Assembly (NCBI GenBank): GCA_905195005.1
Contig: CAJJUC010000002.1
Coordinates: 1 to 42,660 of the forward strand
From: an uncultured Eubacteriales bacterium
Lineage (GTDB): Bacteria; Bacillota; Clostridia; UMGS1883
Length of the DNA: 42,660 nucleotides
Direction: 5' to 3'
Shown: positions 26,014 to 35,486 of the stretch, piece after piece
How positions within the stretch are numbered: the stretch's first letter is position 1
How the letters are laid out: the number at the start of each line of letters is the position of its first letter
Program-made: the position numbers and the translations under genes
Notes under the pieces: model-generated
Told to the model about the DNA's origin: nothing
The model's input: only the letters and a program-made list of their open reading frames with translations
The model's database searches: none

Positions 26014-26571
26014 TTATTGTTTTTTTCCGCGATGAAGCGTTTGCTCCTGAGCGCCGACAAGACTGCCGCTTCGCCACGATTCGAGAATACTTTTTTTGGC
26101 TTCAAGATAATGTGCCGGGATAACAAAATAATCGTCGTCCGATTCAATTTCGCTTTCGGCAATCGGATAAGCCATGCACTCCTCCGACATAAAGCCCATA
26201 TCATCATAAAAAATTTCACAGCCGCAGGTTTTGCAGACAATCCCGGAATTATCCTTATTATTCTTAAACCCCGAATGCTTGCCGTACTGATAATAACACC
26301 CGATGCAGTCGTCAAAAGCAAGGCGATATGTTCCGTCCGAGGCTTTAACGGCAATAATATTTGTGTCAAGCTGTTTTATGGGAATAAAAACGGCTTTCCG
26401 GTCGGTTATACTGCTCTTTTTAATTGTGACATCGGTTATTTTCCCGTTGATATTTTTTTCAATCATAACGGAGGCAAAAATAATCACAGCAAGAGCAATC
26501 AACCCGATAAGAATTTTCCCACGGGTTATTCTGCCCTGCTCGCGCAGCCGTTTTCTTGCGTCCTCAGCCAT
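26014..26571 (-). CDS. Membrane-anchored Cys-rich protein, DUF2318-like
   Basis: 185 aa with an AGGAG RBS, one N-terminal TM helix and the Cys cluster FDDCIGCY...VCKTCGCEIF. The family assignment is by pattern only. Confidence 0.6.
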   Translation of the reverse strand: MAEDARKRLREQGRITRGKILIGLIALAVIIFASVMIEKNINGKITDVTIKKSSITDRKAVFIPIKQLDTNIIAVKASDGTYRLAFDDCIGCYYQYGKHSGFKNNKDNSGIVCKTCGCEIFYDDMGFMSEECMAYPIAESEIESDDDYFVIPAHYLEAKKSILESWRSGSLVGAQEQTLHRGKKQ

Positions 26572-26662
26572 TCAATCATCTCCTAAAGCATATATAATAA
26601 GTATATACTGCCGCAAAGAAATAATCAATCATTAATTTCAAATTTTTAATAAAAATTATTTT

Positions 26663-27469
26663 CTACTGCTTCTTTTTGTTCTTTTTTCCGCCCGTGGCTT
26701 GCTTCTTTTTTTGCGTGCTCCCGGGTGTTTTGCAGCGGTATGCAATAATTTTGACAGTCCCCTTGCCGTTATAACGCTTCATTTCGTACTTTTCGGGAAA
26801 TGCCTTGATTAAATCGGGAAGCTTGACATAACCGTAGGTTCGAGCGTCAAAATCAGGCTTTGCGCGCTTTATATACGTTCCTGCCGAGCTGATATTTACA
26901 AATCCGTCGCTGTCCTGATATTTCTCGCAGGCAATTTTAAGCAATCTGTGAATTTCATTAATATTATCGTGCTTGACTTCATGCTCAACATCGACCGGCG
27001 GTTCTTCCTTTGCCGCGTCGGACGCAGGTATTCCCGATGAAATATTTTCTGTAAGAATAAATTCATCACAGGCATTTCTGAAAGCCTCGGGCGTTTTCTT
27101 TTCGCCCACGCCCATAACATAAACGCCCGATTCGTGCAGCCTGATTGCAAGCGGAGTATAGTCGCTGTCACTCGCAACAATAATGAACGAATCATACAGC
27201 TCTGTGTGCAGAAGATCCATTGCGTCTATCGTCAGAGCAATGTCGGTTGTGTTTTTCCCCGTCACATAATCAAACTGCTGCTCCGCTTTGATTGCAAGAC
27301 GCTTAAGCTCGGATTCCCATTTTTTCAGCGTGTCCTTCCTCCAGTTGCCGTAGGCGCGCTTTACAACAATTCTTCCGTATGCCGAAAGCTCACGGATAAC
27401 GTCCTCAAGCTTGTTGAGCTGCGCGTTGTCCGCGTCGATAAGCATAACAATTTTCTTTAAACTTTCCAT
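26663..27469 (-). CDS. NYN (LabA-like) nuclease-domain protein with a C-terminal OST-HTH/LOTUS domain
   Basis: The NYN core reads VMLIDADNA...AYGNW...IIVASDSDYTPLAIRL. The C-terminus, INEIHRLLKIACEKYQDSDGFVNISSAGTYIKR, is LOTUS-like. The tail is basic. Confidence 0.85.
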   Translation of the reverse strand: MESLKKIVMLIDADNAQLNKLEDVIRELSAYGRIVVKRAYGNWRKDTLKKWESELKRLAIKAEQQFDYVTGKNTTDIALTIDAMDLLHTELYDSFIIVASDSDYTPLAIRLHESGVYVMGVGEKKTPEAFRNACDEFILTENISSGIPASDAAKEEPPVDVEHEVKHDNINEIHRLLKIACEKYQDSDGFVNISSAGTYIKRAKPDFDARTYGYVKLPDLIKAFPEKYEMKRYNGKGTVKIIAYRCKTPGSTQKKKQATGGKKNKKKQ

Positions 27470-27480
27470 TTTCCCACCTC

Positions 27481-28023
27481 CTAATCGGTTAATTTTATAT
27501 AATCCTTCATTTTTTCAAGCTTTTTCGTTCCGATTCCGTCTATCTTTTTAAGCTCCGTCAGTTTTTTAAAGCCGCCGTGCGCTTCGCGATATGCAATTAT
27601 GCTTTTCGCGGTTGCTTCACCGATTCCGCTCACGGTTTGCAGCTCAAGCTCGCTTGCAGTGTTGATATTTACCTTTCCGTCAGATGCAGGCTGTGCCGTC
27701 TGCTCCCCGTTTGCAGCGGAGGGAATTACAACCTCCTGCCCGTCACGCAGCTTTTCCGCAAGATTCACCTTATTCACATCGGCAGCTGCGGAAGCGCCGC
27801 CGGCGGCTTTGATTGCGTCCTTAATGCGGCTGCCGTAATCAAGCTCATAATAACCGGGATTATTGACCTCGCCCTTGACATGCACGCCGACAATTGTCTT
27901 TTCGGGTTTTTGCTCATTTTTGACGGGAAAGCTCCCCGTTTCCTTTCCGTAGATACACAAGCCTGCCATGATAATGACAATTGCAAAAAATATTATATCC
28001 TTTAATCCGGCTTTATCCTTCAT
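27481..28023 (-). CDS. comEA: ComEA-family DNA-binding protein (SLBB plus tandem helix-hairpin-helix)
   Basis: N-terminal TM helix, VHVKGEVNNPGYYEL (SLBB domain) and INTASELELQTVSGIGEATAKSIIAYREAHGGFKKLTELKKIDGIGTKKLEKMK. Confidence 0.88.
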   Translation of the reverse strand: MKDKAGLKDIIFFAIVIIMAGLCIYGKETGSFPVKNEQKPEKTIVGVHVKGEVNNPGYYELDYGSRIKDAIKAAGGASAAADVNKVNLAEKLRDGQEVVIPSAANGEQTAQPASDGKVNINTASELELQTVSGIGEATAKSIIAYREAHGGFKKLTELKKIDGIGTKKLEKMKDYIKLTD

Positions 28024-29740
28024 TCTGATTCATCTCCGAAATTTGCTCATTGCCGTCAATTTTTGCGGCGTCCTCCTCCGAAACAAGCTTTTTTCCGCGC
28101 GTCAGTTCAAGCGCTTTATCGGCTATATCATTTATAGCTTTCTTTGTTTCAATATCATTTTCCGACGCTGCCGTGCGGACAATTTTTTCATAAATGCTTT
28201 TGGCTCTTTCACTGCCGCGTTTTTCCTGCTTCATCTCGCTGTAAAGCGCCTGCACCATGCACAGCTTATAGCGGCTGTTATGCGGCGCCGCCGCAACCGC
28301 CGTTTCCCATCGCAGCGATGCCGCGGACAGGTTTCCCGAGCTTGCCATTACCTCCGCATATTCCGCGGAAAGCTCCGCCGAGTTTTTGCACCGCTTTTCC
28401 GCTTTTTCCAGCCAAGCTGCCGCCTCCTCCGTGCGCTGCGGATTTTGCTTCACAATGCACTTTGCAAGCCGCAGCGGACTTTCCGCATCGAAAACATTGA
28501 CCGACGCCGCTGCCTTAAGGAACGATTCAGCCGATGCCGCGCTGCCGTTTTTATACATTCGTATTCCGCCGGCGCGCAGCACGCCGAGCGCTCCGAGCAT
28601 AAAAATCAGCGCAGCCGACACTGCCATGAAATATGCCGACCCGATTCCGCTTTTGCGCCGAACGGACGTATAGTCCTCGTTATAGGCATACAGCCCGGAA
28701 AACAGGATTACTGCGGCATAATTCTGCGCCGTTGGCAGAAAAAGCAGATTCATTGCCGCAAACATAAGAAACATTGACGCGGCGCTGCGTTTTTTCAGAT
28801 AAATAACCGTTGTTCTCACAATTACAGCCGCGCAGACGATGATGCCGAAAACGCCGAACGCCGACGCAGCTTCACCGAGAAACGGAATTGCCCCGACCGC
28901 GGGATAATACGCCGAAGCATATGACTGCTGCCCCGAAATGAAGCCGCCGCCCCCGATTCCGAACGGATGTCTGAAAGCAAGCAAAACGCTGTCCTTAAGC
29001 ACGATGCCGCCGGAAAATGCTGCGAAAATTGCCGAAAGAACCGAAAGTGCGACCGAGCAGACCCCGGAGTATTTGTTTTTATATTTATTTGAAAGGTACG
29101 CGGAAATCAGGAACGCTGCCGCAAACACCGCTGCGGGAAAGCAGCGGCATAAAATGAACGCCGCAAGCTGAACCGCCGTTCCGGCGCGGATTTTGCGCCC
29201 TGTAACCTCTTTATTCTTCACGCGCATATTTTCGCCGCAAAGCATACCGCCGAACAGTATTATTCCGAAAATGTTGTTCTGCCCAAATTTCATGCTTTGC
29301 CATGACGCTCCGATATACTGCAAAACGAGATTTGCAAGCATTGCCGCGGCGCACAAAATTCCGCCGGCATATATCATTTGCATGAGCCGCTCCGAAATGC
29401 CGCCTTCCTTATTTTCAAAAAACCAGTCCGTTGCTGCGGCAGATGACAGCACTGCGGCAAACAGAGTTATAATAAGTCTTACATGCCCCTGTGCATTAAG
29501 CGCGGATAAAGCGGAAATAACCGCATAAATCAGAAGCGCCGCCGCGGGAAGCTGCGCAGCTGAAATATATCTTTTCCGGGAGCTTGCCGCGCGGAGCACG
29601 ACCGCTGCCGCCAAAAGCGCCGCGGCAAAGTAAAGAGCGTTGCCTGTGCCGCACAGCGCTGCCGCAGCCGGTGATATGACCGCAAACGCTGCCGCCGCTG
29701 CATTGAGAACTGTCCTGCCCGTTCGTTCATTTTTTATCAT
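28013..29740 (-). CDS. Polytopic membrane protein, O-antigen-ligase/polymerase-like, with a C-terminal TPR-like soluble domain
   Basis: 575 aa with about 10 TM helices. The loop motif RHPFGIGGGGF is present. The C-terminal ~190 aa are helical-repeat-like. Confidence 0.6.
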   Translation of the reverse strand: MIKNERTGRTVLNAAAAAFAVISPAAAALCGTGNALYFAAALLAAAVVLRAASSRKRYISAAQLPAAALLIYAVISALSALNAQGHVRLIITLFAAVLSSAAATDWFFENKEGGISERLMQMIYAGGILCAAAMLANLVLQYIGASWQSMKFGQNNIFGIILFGGMLCGENMRVKNKEVTGRKIRAGTAVQLAAFILCRCFPAAVFAAAFLISAYLSNKYKNKYSGVCSVALSVLSAIFAAFSGGIVLKDSVLLAFRHPFGIGGGGFISGQQSYASAYYPAVGAIPFLGEAASAFGVFGIIVCAAVIVRTTVIYLKKRSAASMFLMFAAMNLLFLPTAQNYAAVILFSGLYAYNEDYTSVRRKSGIGSAYFMAVSAALIFMLGALGVLRAGGIRMYKNGSAASAESFLKAAASVNVFDAESPLRLAKCIVKQNPQRTEEAAAWLEKAEKRCKNSAELSAEYAEVMASSGNLSAASLRWETAVAAAPHNSRYKLCMVQALYSEMKQEKRGSERAKSIYEKIVRTAASENDIETKKAINDIADKALELTRGKKLVSEEDAAKIDGNEQISEMNQNEG

Positions 29741-29758
29741 ATGTTCACCCGTTCAATA

Positions 29759-30559
29759 TTATTTCGCCTCAAGATGGCTTTTCTCAACAAGCCGTTCAAG
29801 CTCGGCGGACAAATCATGCTTTTCGGCAGACGGATTTTTCGCCGCATACATAAGATATTCAATGTTCCCCTCGGGACCCTTTATCGGCGAAAAGTCAAGT
29901 CCGAGTATCTCAAAGCCCGATTCAGCCGTAAAATCCGTTACATTTTGCAGAACCTCAAGGTGCACCTCCGGGTCGCGGACAACGCCCTTTTTCCCAACCT
30001 GACCGCGCCCTGCCTCAAACTGAGGTTTGATAAGAGCAACAATCGTGCCGCCGCTGCGAAGCAGTTTAAACGCAGTCGGCAGAACAAGACGAAGCGAGAT
30101 AAACGCAACGTCAATCGAAGCAAAATCAAGCTCAGTTCCGATATCCTCCGGTTCAACATAGCGGATATTTGTTCTTTCCATATTTACAACGCGTTCATCG
30201 GTGCGCAGCTTCCATGCAAGCTGACCGTAACCGACATCAACGGCGAACACCTTTTTTGCGCCGTTTTGCAGCATACAATCCGTGAAGCCGCCGGTTGACG
30301 CACCGATATCCATTGAAACCGCACAGCTGAGGTCAATCGGGAAAACCTGCATTGCCTTTTCGAGCTTAAGTCCGCCGCGGCTCACATAACGCGGACCGCC
30401 GCGCAGCTCAACGCTGTCCTTTGTGCTGACCTGCTCGCCTGCCTTATCGGCGCGCTGCCCGTTCACAAAAACCTTGCCCTCCATAATAAAGCTCTTTGCA
30501 AGATCCCTGCCGCTCACAAGTCCGTTTTCAACAAGATATGTATCAAGCCGCTGTTTCAA
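29759..30559 (-). CDS. tlyA: TlyA-family 16S/23S rRNA (cytidine-2'-O)-methyltransferase
   Basis: S4 domain (RLDTYLVENGLVSGRDLAKSFIMEGKVFVNG), the VSRGGLKLEKA motif, and the SAM motif DIGASTGGFTDCMLQNGAKKVFAVDVG. Confidence 0.9.
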   Translation of the reverse strand: MKQRLDTYLVENGLVSGRDLAKSFIMEGKVFVNGQRADKAGEQVSTKDSVELRGGPRYVSRGGLKLEKAMQVFPIDLSCAVSMDIGASTGGFTDCMLQNGAKKVFAVDVGYGQLAWKLRTDERVVNMERTNIRYVEPEDIGTELDFASIDVAFISLRLVLPTAFKLLRSGGTIVALIKPQFEAGRGQVGKKGVVRDPEVHLEVLQNVTDFTAESGFEILGLDFSPIKGPEGNIEYLMYAAKNPSAEKHDLSAELERLVEKSHLEAK

Positions 30560-32415
30560 TTTTTCAGCATCCTTTCTGCCGCTGCCGCAATACTTTCCGC
30601 GGTAAATCCGTACTCCTGCTCAAGCGCTCCGATTGAGCCGTGAGTGAGGAAAATATCGTCGAACGCTTTTATTTTCATTTTTATGTCAACCGAGTTTTCC
30701 TCAGCATATGCCGCAAGCATTTCGCCCATGCCGCCGCGTTTAAGATTTTCTTCAATGCTTAAAAGAACGCCGCATTTTTGTGCGCTTTCGAACACTGTTT
30801 CAAAATCCATCGGTTTGACGGTGCGCACATCAATAACCTCAGCGCTGATTCCTTTTTCGGAAAGAAGCTTTGCCGCGGCAAGCGCCTTTGCAACCGACTG
30901 CCCCTCCGCAGCAATTGCAATATCGCTGCCGCGCCGCACCCGGGCCGCCCTGGATAAAACGAAATCTCCGTTATCGAGCGACACTCTTTCCGGACCGCGC
31001 GGATAGCGGATTGCAATCGGAGCATTGTGCACGTTCACTGCATAATCAAGCATTTTCCTCAGCTCGCTGAAGCATGACGGAGCAAGAACCGTCATATTCG
31101 GAATTGCGGTAAGAAAAGAAATATCAAATATTCCCTGGTGTGTTGCCCCGTCACCGGGAACGATTCCTGCGCGGTCGACCGCGAACACAACATGAGCCTT
31201 TCCGATTGCCGCGTCATGAATAATATTGTCGTATGCTCTTTGAAGAAAGCTGGAATATATTGCGCAGACAGGCACAGCTCCGCCGGCGGCAAGACCCGCT
31301 GAAAACGTTACCGCGTGCCCCTCCGCAATCCCGACGTCATAAAGCCTGTCGGGAAAACGTTTGCCGAAAGCTGTCAGACCGCTGCCCGAAATCATTGCCG
31401 GAGTGACCGCGGCAACGCGCTCATCCGTTTCGGCAAGGCGGCACAGCTTTTCACCGAAAACCGAAGAAAAACTGTGCTGAGTTTTTTTCACCTCACCGGT
31501 GTTCTTTTCAAACGGACCCACCCCGTGAAATACCTGCGGAAGCTGCTCCGCCGGGCGGTATCCCTTACCCTTTTTCGTGATAACATGCACGACAACCGGC
31601 TCGTCAAGCAAAAGCGCGCGCCTGAAAATATCCTCCATATCGCGGATGTTATGACCGTTTACCGGACCGAGATATGTAATCCCGAGCTGCTCGAAAAGCA
31701 CGTTCGGAGTTATCATATTCTTAAGACGGAGCTTTGCCGCATGCAAAATCCCGTACAGCTGTTTTCCGCCCATCGGCAGACCGCCGAGAAAATCCGCAAC
31801 CTTTTGCTTTGACGCGGTGTATTTTCTGTTCGTTCTTGCACGGGCGAGCAGATTGGAAAATGCCCCGACGTTCTCCGTGATTGACATTTTATTGTCATTT
31901 AAAACGATGAGCATTTTTGTTTTCAGATTTCCGATATTGTTAAGCGCCTCAAAGGCAAGTCCGCCGGTAAAAGCGCCGTCGCCGATAACAGCCGCAACAT
32001 TGTAATTATCGCCGGAAATTTTCCGTGCCTGCGCCATGCCGAGCGCCGCCGAAAGAGACGCGGACGCGTGCCCCGTTACGCATGTGTCGTACTCGCTTTC
32101 TGAGGGCGAGCAAAAGCCCGACAGTCCGCCGAAGGAACGAAGCGTTTTCATGCGTTCGGCGCGCCCCGTCAGAATTTTATGGACATATGCCTGATGCCCG
32201 ACGTCCCACACGAGCTTATCGTGCGGCGCGTCAAGCACACGGTGCAGCGCAACCGTCAGCTCAACAGCGCCGAGATTGCTTGCCAGATGACCGCCCTGCC
32301 GCGCAACCGAGGTTACGAGATAGTCGCGGATTTCCGCACAAAGCTCGCGCAGCTGCCTGTCGTCAAATGCTTTTATATCATCCGGTTTTTTTATTTTATC
32401 GAGATATTTATACAT
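30556..32415 (-). CDS. dxs: 1-deoxy-D-xylulose-5-phosphate synthase
   Basis: 619 aa. GGHLASNLGAVELTVALH and the GDGAFTGGLAFEALNN thiamine-diphosphate (TPP) motif are present, with a transketolase-like C-terminus. It overlaps the tlyA start by 4 nt. Confidence 0.95.
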   Translation of the reverse strand: MYKYLDKIKKPDDIKAFDDRQLRELCAEIRDYLVTSVARQGGHLASNLGAVELTVALHRVLDAPHDKLVWDVGHQAYVHKILTGRAERMKTLRSFGGLSGFCSPSESEYDTCVTGHASASLSAALGMAQARKISGDNYNVAAVIGDGAFTGGLAFEALNNIGNLKTKMLIVLNDNKMSITENVGAFSNLLARARTNRKYTASKQKVADFLGGLPMGGKQLYGILHAAKLRLKNMITPNVLFEQLGITYLGPVNGHNIRDMEDIFRRALLLDEPVVVHVITKKGKGYRPAEQLPQVFHGVGPFEKNTGEVKKTQHSFSSVFGEKLCRLAETDERVAAVTPAMISGSGLTAFGKRFPDRLYDVGIAEGHAVTFSAGLAAGGAVPVCAIYSSFLQRAYDNIIHDAAIGKAHVVFAVDRAGIVPGDGATHQGIFDISFLTAIPNMTVLAPSCFSELRKMLDYAVNVHNAPIAIRYPRGPERVSLDNGDFVLSRAARVRRGSDIAIAAEGQSVAKALAAAKLLSEKGISAEVIDVRTVKPMDFETVFESAQKCGVLLSIEENLKRGGMGEMLAAYAEENSVDIKMKIKAFDDIFLTHGSIGALEQEYGFTAESIAAAAERMLKN

Positions 32416-32421
32416 CCGCTA

Positions 32422-34182
32422 TCATTTCCTCAGTTCGGCGGCAAGATGCTCATCGGGAGCGACAAGCGCCGTGTTATATCCTTCGTAAATAACCATTCCT
32501 GCCTTTGCGCCGTTCGGTTTTTTAACATGGCTGACAGGACAGTAATCCACCTCAACGTACGGAGCATTCTTACCCTTTGAATAATATGCGGCAAGCTTTG
32601 CAGCCGTTTCGATAACATCGGGCGGAAAATCCTCCCCTGAAAATTTAATAAGCGTGTGTGAACCCGGAATGTTTTTCGTGTGCAGCCAAAGGTCGCGCGC
32701 ACGCCCCGTTTTCATTGTCAGGAAATCATTTTGCACATTGTTTTTTCCGACATATATTTTATACCCGTTATATTCAAATTCCATCGGTTTTCCGAGCGGC
32801 GGAGTTTTTTGCTTTTTCTTTCCCTGTTCTCGGCGGATATATCCGCTTTTAACAAGCTCTTCCCTTATTTCGGCAAGCTCGGACGGAGTTGCCGCATTCT
32901 GCACACTGTACAGAACCGATTCGAGATATGCAAGCTCTTCAACAGCGATGTTAAGCTGCTCTTTTGCGTTTATCTCGGTGTTTTTTGCTTTTTTGTATTT
33001 ATTGAAATAGCGCGCGGCATTCTGCGGCGGAGTTTTCGTTGAATCGAGCGGAATTTCCACCGACGGAGAGTTCTCCTCGTAGTAGTTTTCAGCCGTCAGC
33101 GCCGTGTCTCCTTTTTGAATTTTATAAAGATTTGCCGTTATCAGCTCGCCGTATATTTTATACTTATCGCGATTCGCCGATTCCTTAAGCTCGCGCTGAA
33201 AAATATCGATTTTCTTTTCCGCGCGCTTTATATTGTTATTGATAATCTTCGTCACGGAAAGGCTTCTGTCGTGCATTCTTGCGCGGCGGTCGCGCAGCGA
33301 CCAAAAGCTTTCCGCGGCTTCGTTCATGCTTTTTGCCGGAATGCATTTCATCCGTTCGCCGTACTGACTGATGCAAAAAGGCGCAAAATCAGCCGGGCTT
33401 CCGTCATCGCGCACCAAAACGCACGGCGAAAACTTTCCCTTTTTCGCGCGTTCAAAAAGACGCGAAAGTCTGAGCGCCGCTTTCAGTATATCGTTTTCGT
33501 GCAGTTCGCCTACGGTAAGATTTCCGTCTCCGCACGCCTCGTAAATGCACTCGGCGGCAAGCAGCGGACTTATGCCCATAACACCGTCGGACATTGCGCG
33601 CGCCGCTTCACGCCCCTCCGGGGCATTTTTCAGCAGCCTGTAAAAATCGTCCTCCGCCGCGTTTTCTGGGTTTATTTTATCACCGTTCGGCGGCAGCATG
33701 TATTTAAGCCCGGGCAAAATATTTCTCACTGAGCTTACGGTTATGTCAATATGCTTGATTGAATCGATAATCCGCCCGTCCCCGTCGGTGAATATGATAT
33801 TGCTGTTTCTGCCCATGATTTCACAAATGATGTGCCGCAGCACGCGGTCGCCAAGCTCGTTGCGGCATTCAATTTCAATATCCGCAATGCGGTCAAATCC
33901 GACGCGGCTCACGCTTTTTATTCTTCCGCACGTCAAATGCTTGCGCAGAAGCATGCAAAACATCGGCGGTGAAGCCGGGTTTTCCTTCACCTCATGAACA
34001 AGATGAATCCGCGGATTGGCGCTGTTTGCGCTTATCGCAAGCTTTGCGTTTCCCCCCGAATTTTTCAGATACAAAAGTATTTCATCGCGCTCGGGCTGAT
34101 GAATTTTCTCTATTTTCGCATCCTCCAGAGCGTTATTAAGTTCGTTTGTTACTGCGCCGAGCGCAATTGCGTCAAGAGGCAT
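32422..34182 (-). CDS. rqcH: NFACT-family ribosome quality control protein (fibronectin-binding protein A / RqcH)
   Basis: MPLDAIALGAV...IEKIHQPERDEILL at the N-terminus, a coiled-coil middle region, and a C-terminal DUF814-like segment (LWLHTKNIPGSHTLIK). Start chosen at ATG 34182 (AGGAGTG RBS); the tracked GTG start lies inside the RBS. Confidence 0.9.
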   Translation of the reverse strand: MPLDAIALGAVTNELNNALEDAKIEKIHQPERDEILLYLKNSGGNAKLAISANSANPRIHLVHEVKENPASPPMFCMLLRKHLTCGRIKSVSRVGFDRIADIEIECRNELGDRVLRHIICEIMGRNSNIIFTDGDGRIIDSIKHIDITVSSVRNILPGLKYMLPPNGDKINPENAAEDDFYRLLKNAPEGREAARAMSDGVMGISPLLAAECIYEACGDGNLTVGELHENDILKAALRLSRLFERAKKGKFSPCVLVRDDGSPADFAPFCISQYGERMKCIPAKSMNEAAESFWSLRDRRARMHDRSLSVTKIINNNIKRAEKKIDIFQRELKESANRDKYKIYGELITANLYKIQKGDTALTAENYYEENSPSVEIPLDSTKTPPQNAARYFNKYKKAKNTEINAKEQLNIAVEELAYLESVLYSVQNAATPSELAEIREELVKSGYIRREQGKKKQKTPPLGKPMEFEYNGYKIYVGKNNVQNDFLTMKTGRARDLWLHTKNIPGSHTLIKFSGEDFPPDVIETAAKLAAYYSKGKNAPYVEVDYCPVSHVKKPNGAKAGMVIYEGYNTALVAPDEHLAAELRK

Positions 34183-34250
34183 TTTCTTTTCCACTCCTAT
34201 TATTTGTACCTATCAGTATATCATAATATCGCTTTATTGGCAAGATTTTT

Positions 34251-34727
34251 TTATGCTTGCCCGATGCGCTCATACTCAGAATCATGCAGTACAGCGTTTT
34301 TCGTGTATGCCTCGACTGCAAGCGTGTCGCACCGCTCATTCATCGGATGCCCGGCGTGCCCCTTAACCCAGTTGAATTTAACGCTGTGCGTTTTCATCAG
34401 CGCAAGCAGCCGCTGCCATAAATCAACATTTAAAACGGGCTTCTTATCGGACTTCTTCCACCCGTTTTTAATCCAGCCGTAAATCCACCCTTTATTTATT
34501 GAGTCGCAAAGATATTTCGAATCGCTGTAGAGCATAACCTCGCAGCTTTCGCGGAGAATTTCAAGCGCGCTTATCGCCGCAAGCAGTTCCATCCTGTTAT
34601 TTGTCGTCAGTACATATCCGGCGCTGATTTCCTTTTTCGTTCCGTTATAAATCAAAACGGCGCCCCAACCGCCCTTGCCGGGATTTCCGGTGCAAGCGCC
34701 GTCCGTATATATTTCCACAATTTTCAT
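34251..34727 (-). CDS. rnhA: Ribonuclease HI
   Basis: [20 protein letters not shown]...[14 protein letters not shown]...SDSKY...[15 protein letters not shown] carries the DEDD catalytic pattern. ATG at 34727 after GGGGTG. Confidence 0.9.
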   Translation of the reverse strand: MKIVEIYTDGACTGNPGKGGWGAVLIYNGTKKEISAGYVLTTNNRMELLAAISALEILRESCEVMLYSDSKYLCDSINKGWIYGWIKNGWKKSDKKPVLNVDLWQRLLALMKTHSVKFNWVKGHAGHPMNERCDTLAVEAYTKNAVLHDSEYERIGQA

Positions 34728-34869
34728 CGCTATCACCCCGTATAATATTTTACAGTTATTTTTTTAAATGTCAACAAAAATTCTTTGTTACATTTCTGTT
34801 ACCGGTATTGAAATTTCCCTCCCAAAGGTGTATTCTATATATATATTCCGAGAGAAAGGGTGGCTCTTT

Positions 34870-35121
34870 ATGACAGACAACAGAACTACACATATTGATA
34901 TTTGCAAAACGAGAGATACGGAGATTGACGCAATAATCTGCCGTGTGCACAGTGCGCTTGTCGAAAAAGGGTATGACCCCATAAGCCAGCTTGTAGGATA
35001 TATCATGTCGGGCGACCCTACCTATATAACGGGTTACAAGGGTGCGAGAAGCCTGATAACAAAGGTTGAGCGCGATGAAATTCTTGAGGTTGTATTCCGC
35101 AAATATCTTGAAAACAAATGA
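34870..35121 (+). CDS. ireB: IreB-family regulatory phosphoprotein (UPF0297)
   Basis: 83 aa from ATG 34870 (AAAGGGTGG RBS). VHSALVEKGYDPISQLVGYIMSGDPTYITGYKGARSLI is the family hallmark. Confidence 0.85.
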   Translation: MTDNRTTHIDICKTRDTEIDAIICRVHSALVEKGYDPISQLVGYIMSGDPTYITGYKGARSLITKVERDEILEVVFRKYLENK

Positions 35122-35275
35122 AAATGAAGAAAAGGGGATGTTAAAAAGCTCCGGAACGCAAGAAAAGGAAAAAAAACATATATTACAGGAAATATAATTG
35201 TTGCAGTTTGGATGCATTAAGGCAGAAAAATCAAAAAATTTGATTTTTCAAATAATTACTTCTTTTCTTGCTATC

Positions 35276-35366
35276 AACAAACTTCGCCGCTCGGCGTACC
35301 TATGTACGCCGTCGGGTAACCCAAAGCTTCAGCTTTGGCTCAGTTTGTTAATTCCAAAGCTTTTTT
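35276..35366 (+). ncRNA. Candidate cis-regulatory RNA: a three-way junction that is mutually exclusive with a terminator hairpin, upstream of the carboxypeptidase gene
   Basis: Outer stem AACAAACT (35276-83) pairs with AGTTTGTT (35342-49). Inner hairpins are CGGCGTAC-ctat-GTACGCCG (35292-35311) and CCAAAGC-ttca-GCTTTGG (35321-38). In the alternative fold, AGCTTTGG (35331-38) pairs with CCAAAGCT (35354-61) and is followed by a T-run (35361-35366, its first T also closing the stem). Confidence 0.4.
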
Positions 35367-35388
35367 CCCATCCGCTTGTAAAAGCAGA

Positions 35389-35424
35389 GGCTGTTTAAAA
35401 AGTCCATTGACTTTTCAAACAGCC
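35389..35424 (+). other. Long hairpin (about 15 bp) in the ireB-dac intergenic region
   Basis: GGCTGTTTaAAAAGTC-catt-GACTTTTcAAACAGCC, followed by ccgATTTTccc. It could be a weak terminator or a processing site. Confidence 0.4.
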
Positions 35425-35486
35425 CCGATTTTCCCATGTAATAAAAATCCTTCTTCGTAATAAAATTTACGGAGGGGGATTTTTAT

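Noticed and set aside
25944-26369. N-terminal 142 codons of the tracked 346-aa ORF
   Set aside because: This stretch overlaps the DUF2318-like gene in another frame and reads through its terminator. The lipoprotein signal peptide begins at the internal ATG at 25943, so that is the true start.
27968-28777. 269-aa plus-strand ORF
   Set aside because: It is entirely antisense to the well-supported O-antigen-ligase-like/comEA genes. Its Arg/Cys/Phe-rich low-complexity translation is typical of the antisense frame of GC-rich coding DNA, and it has no RBS.
33115-33732. 205-aa plus-strand ORF
   Set aside because: It is antisense to rqcH, which has clear family motifs. Its composition is Arg-rich junk, and no RBS is present.
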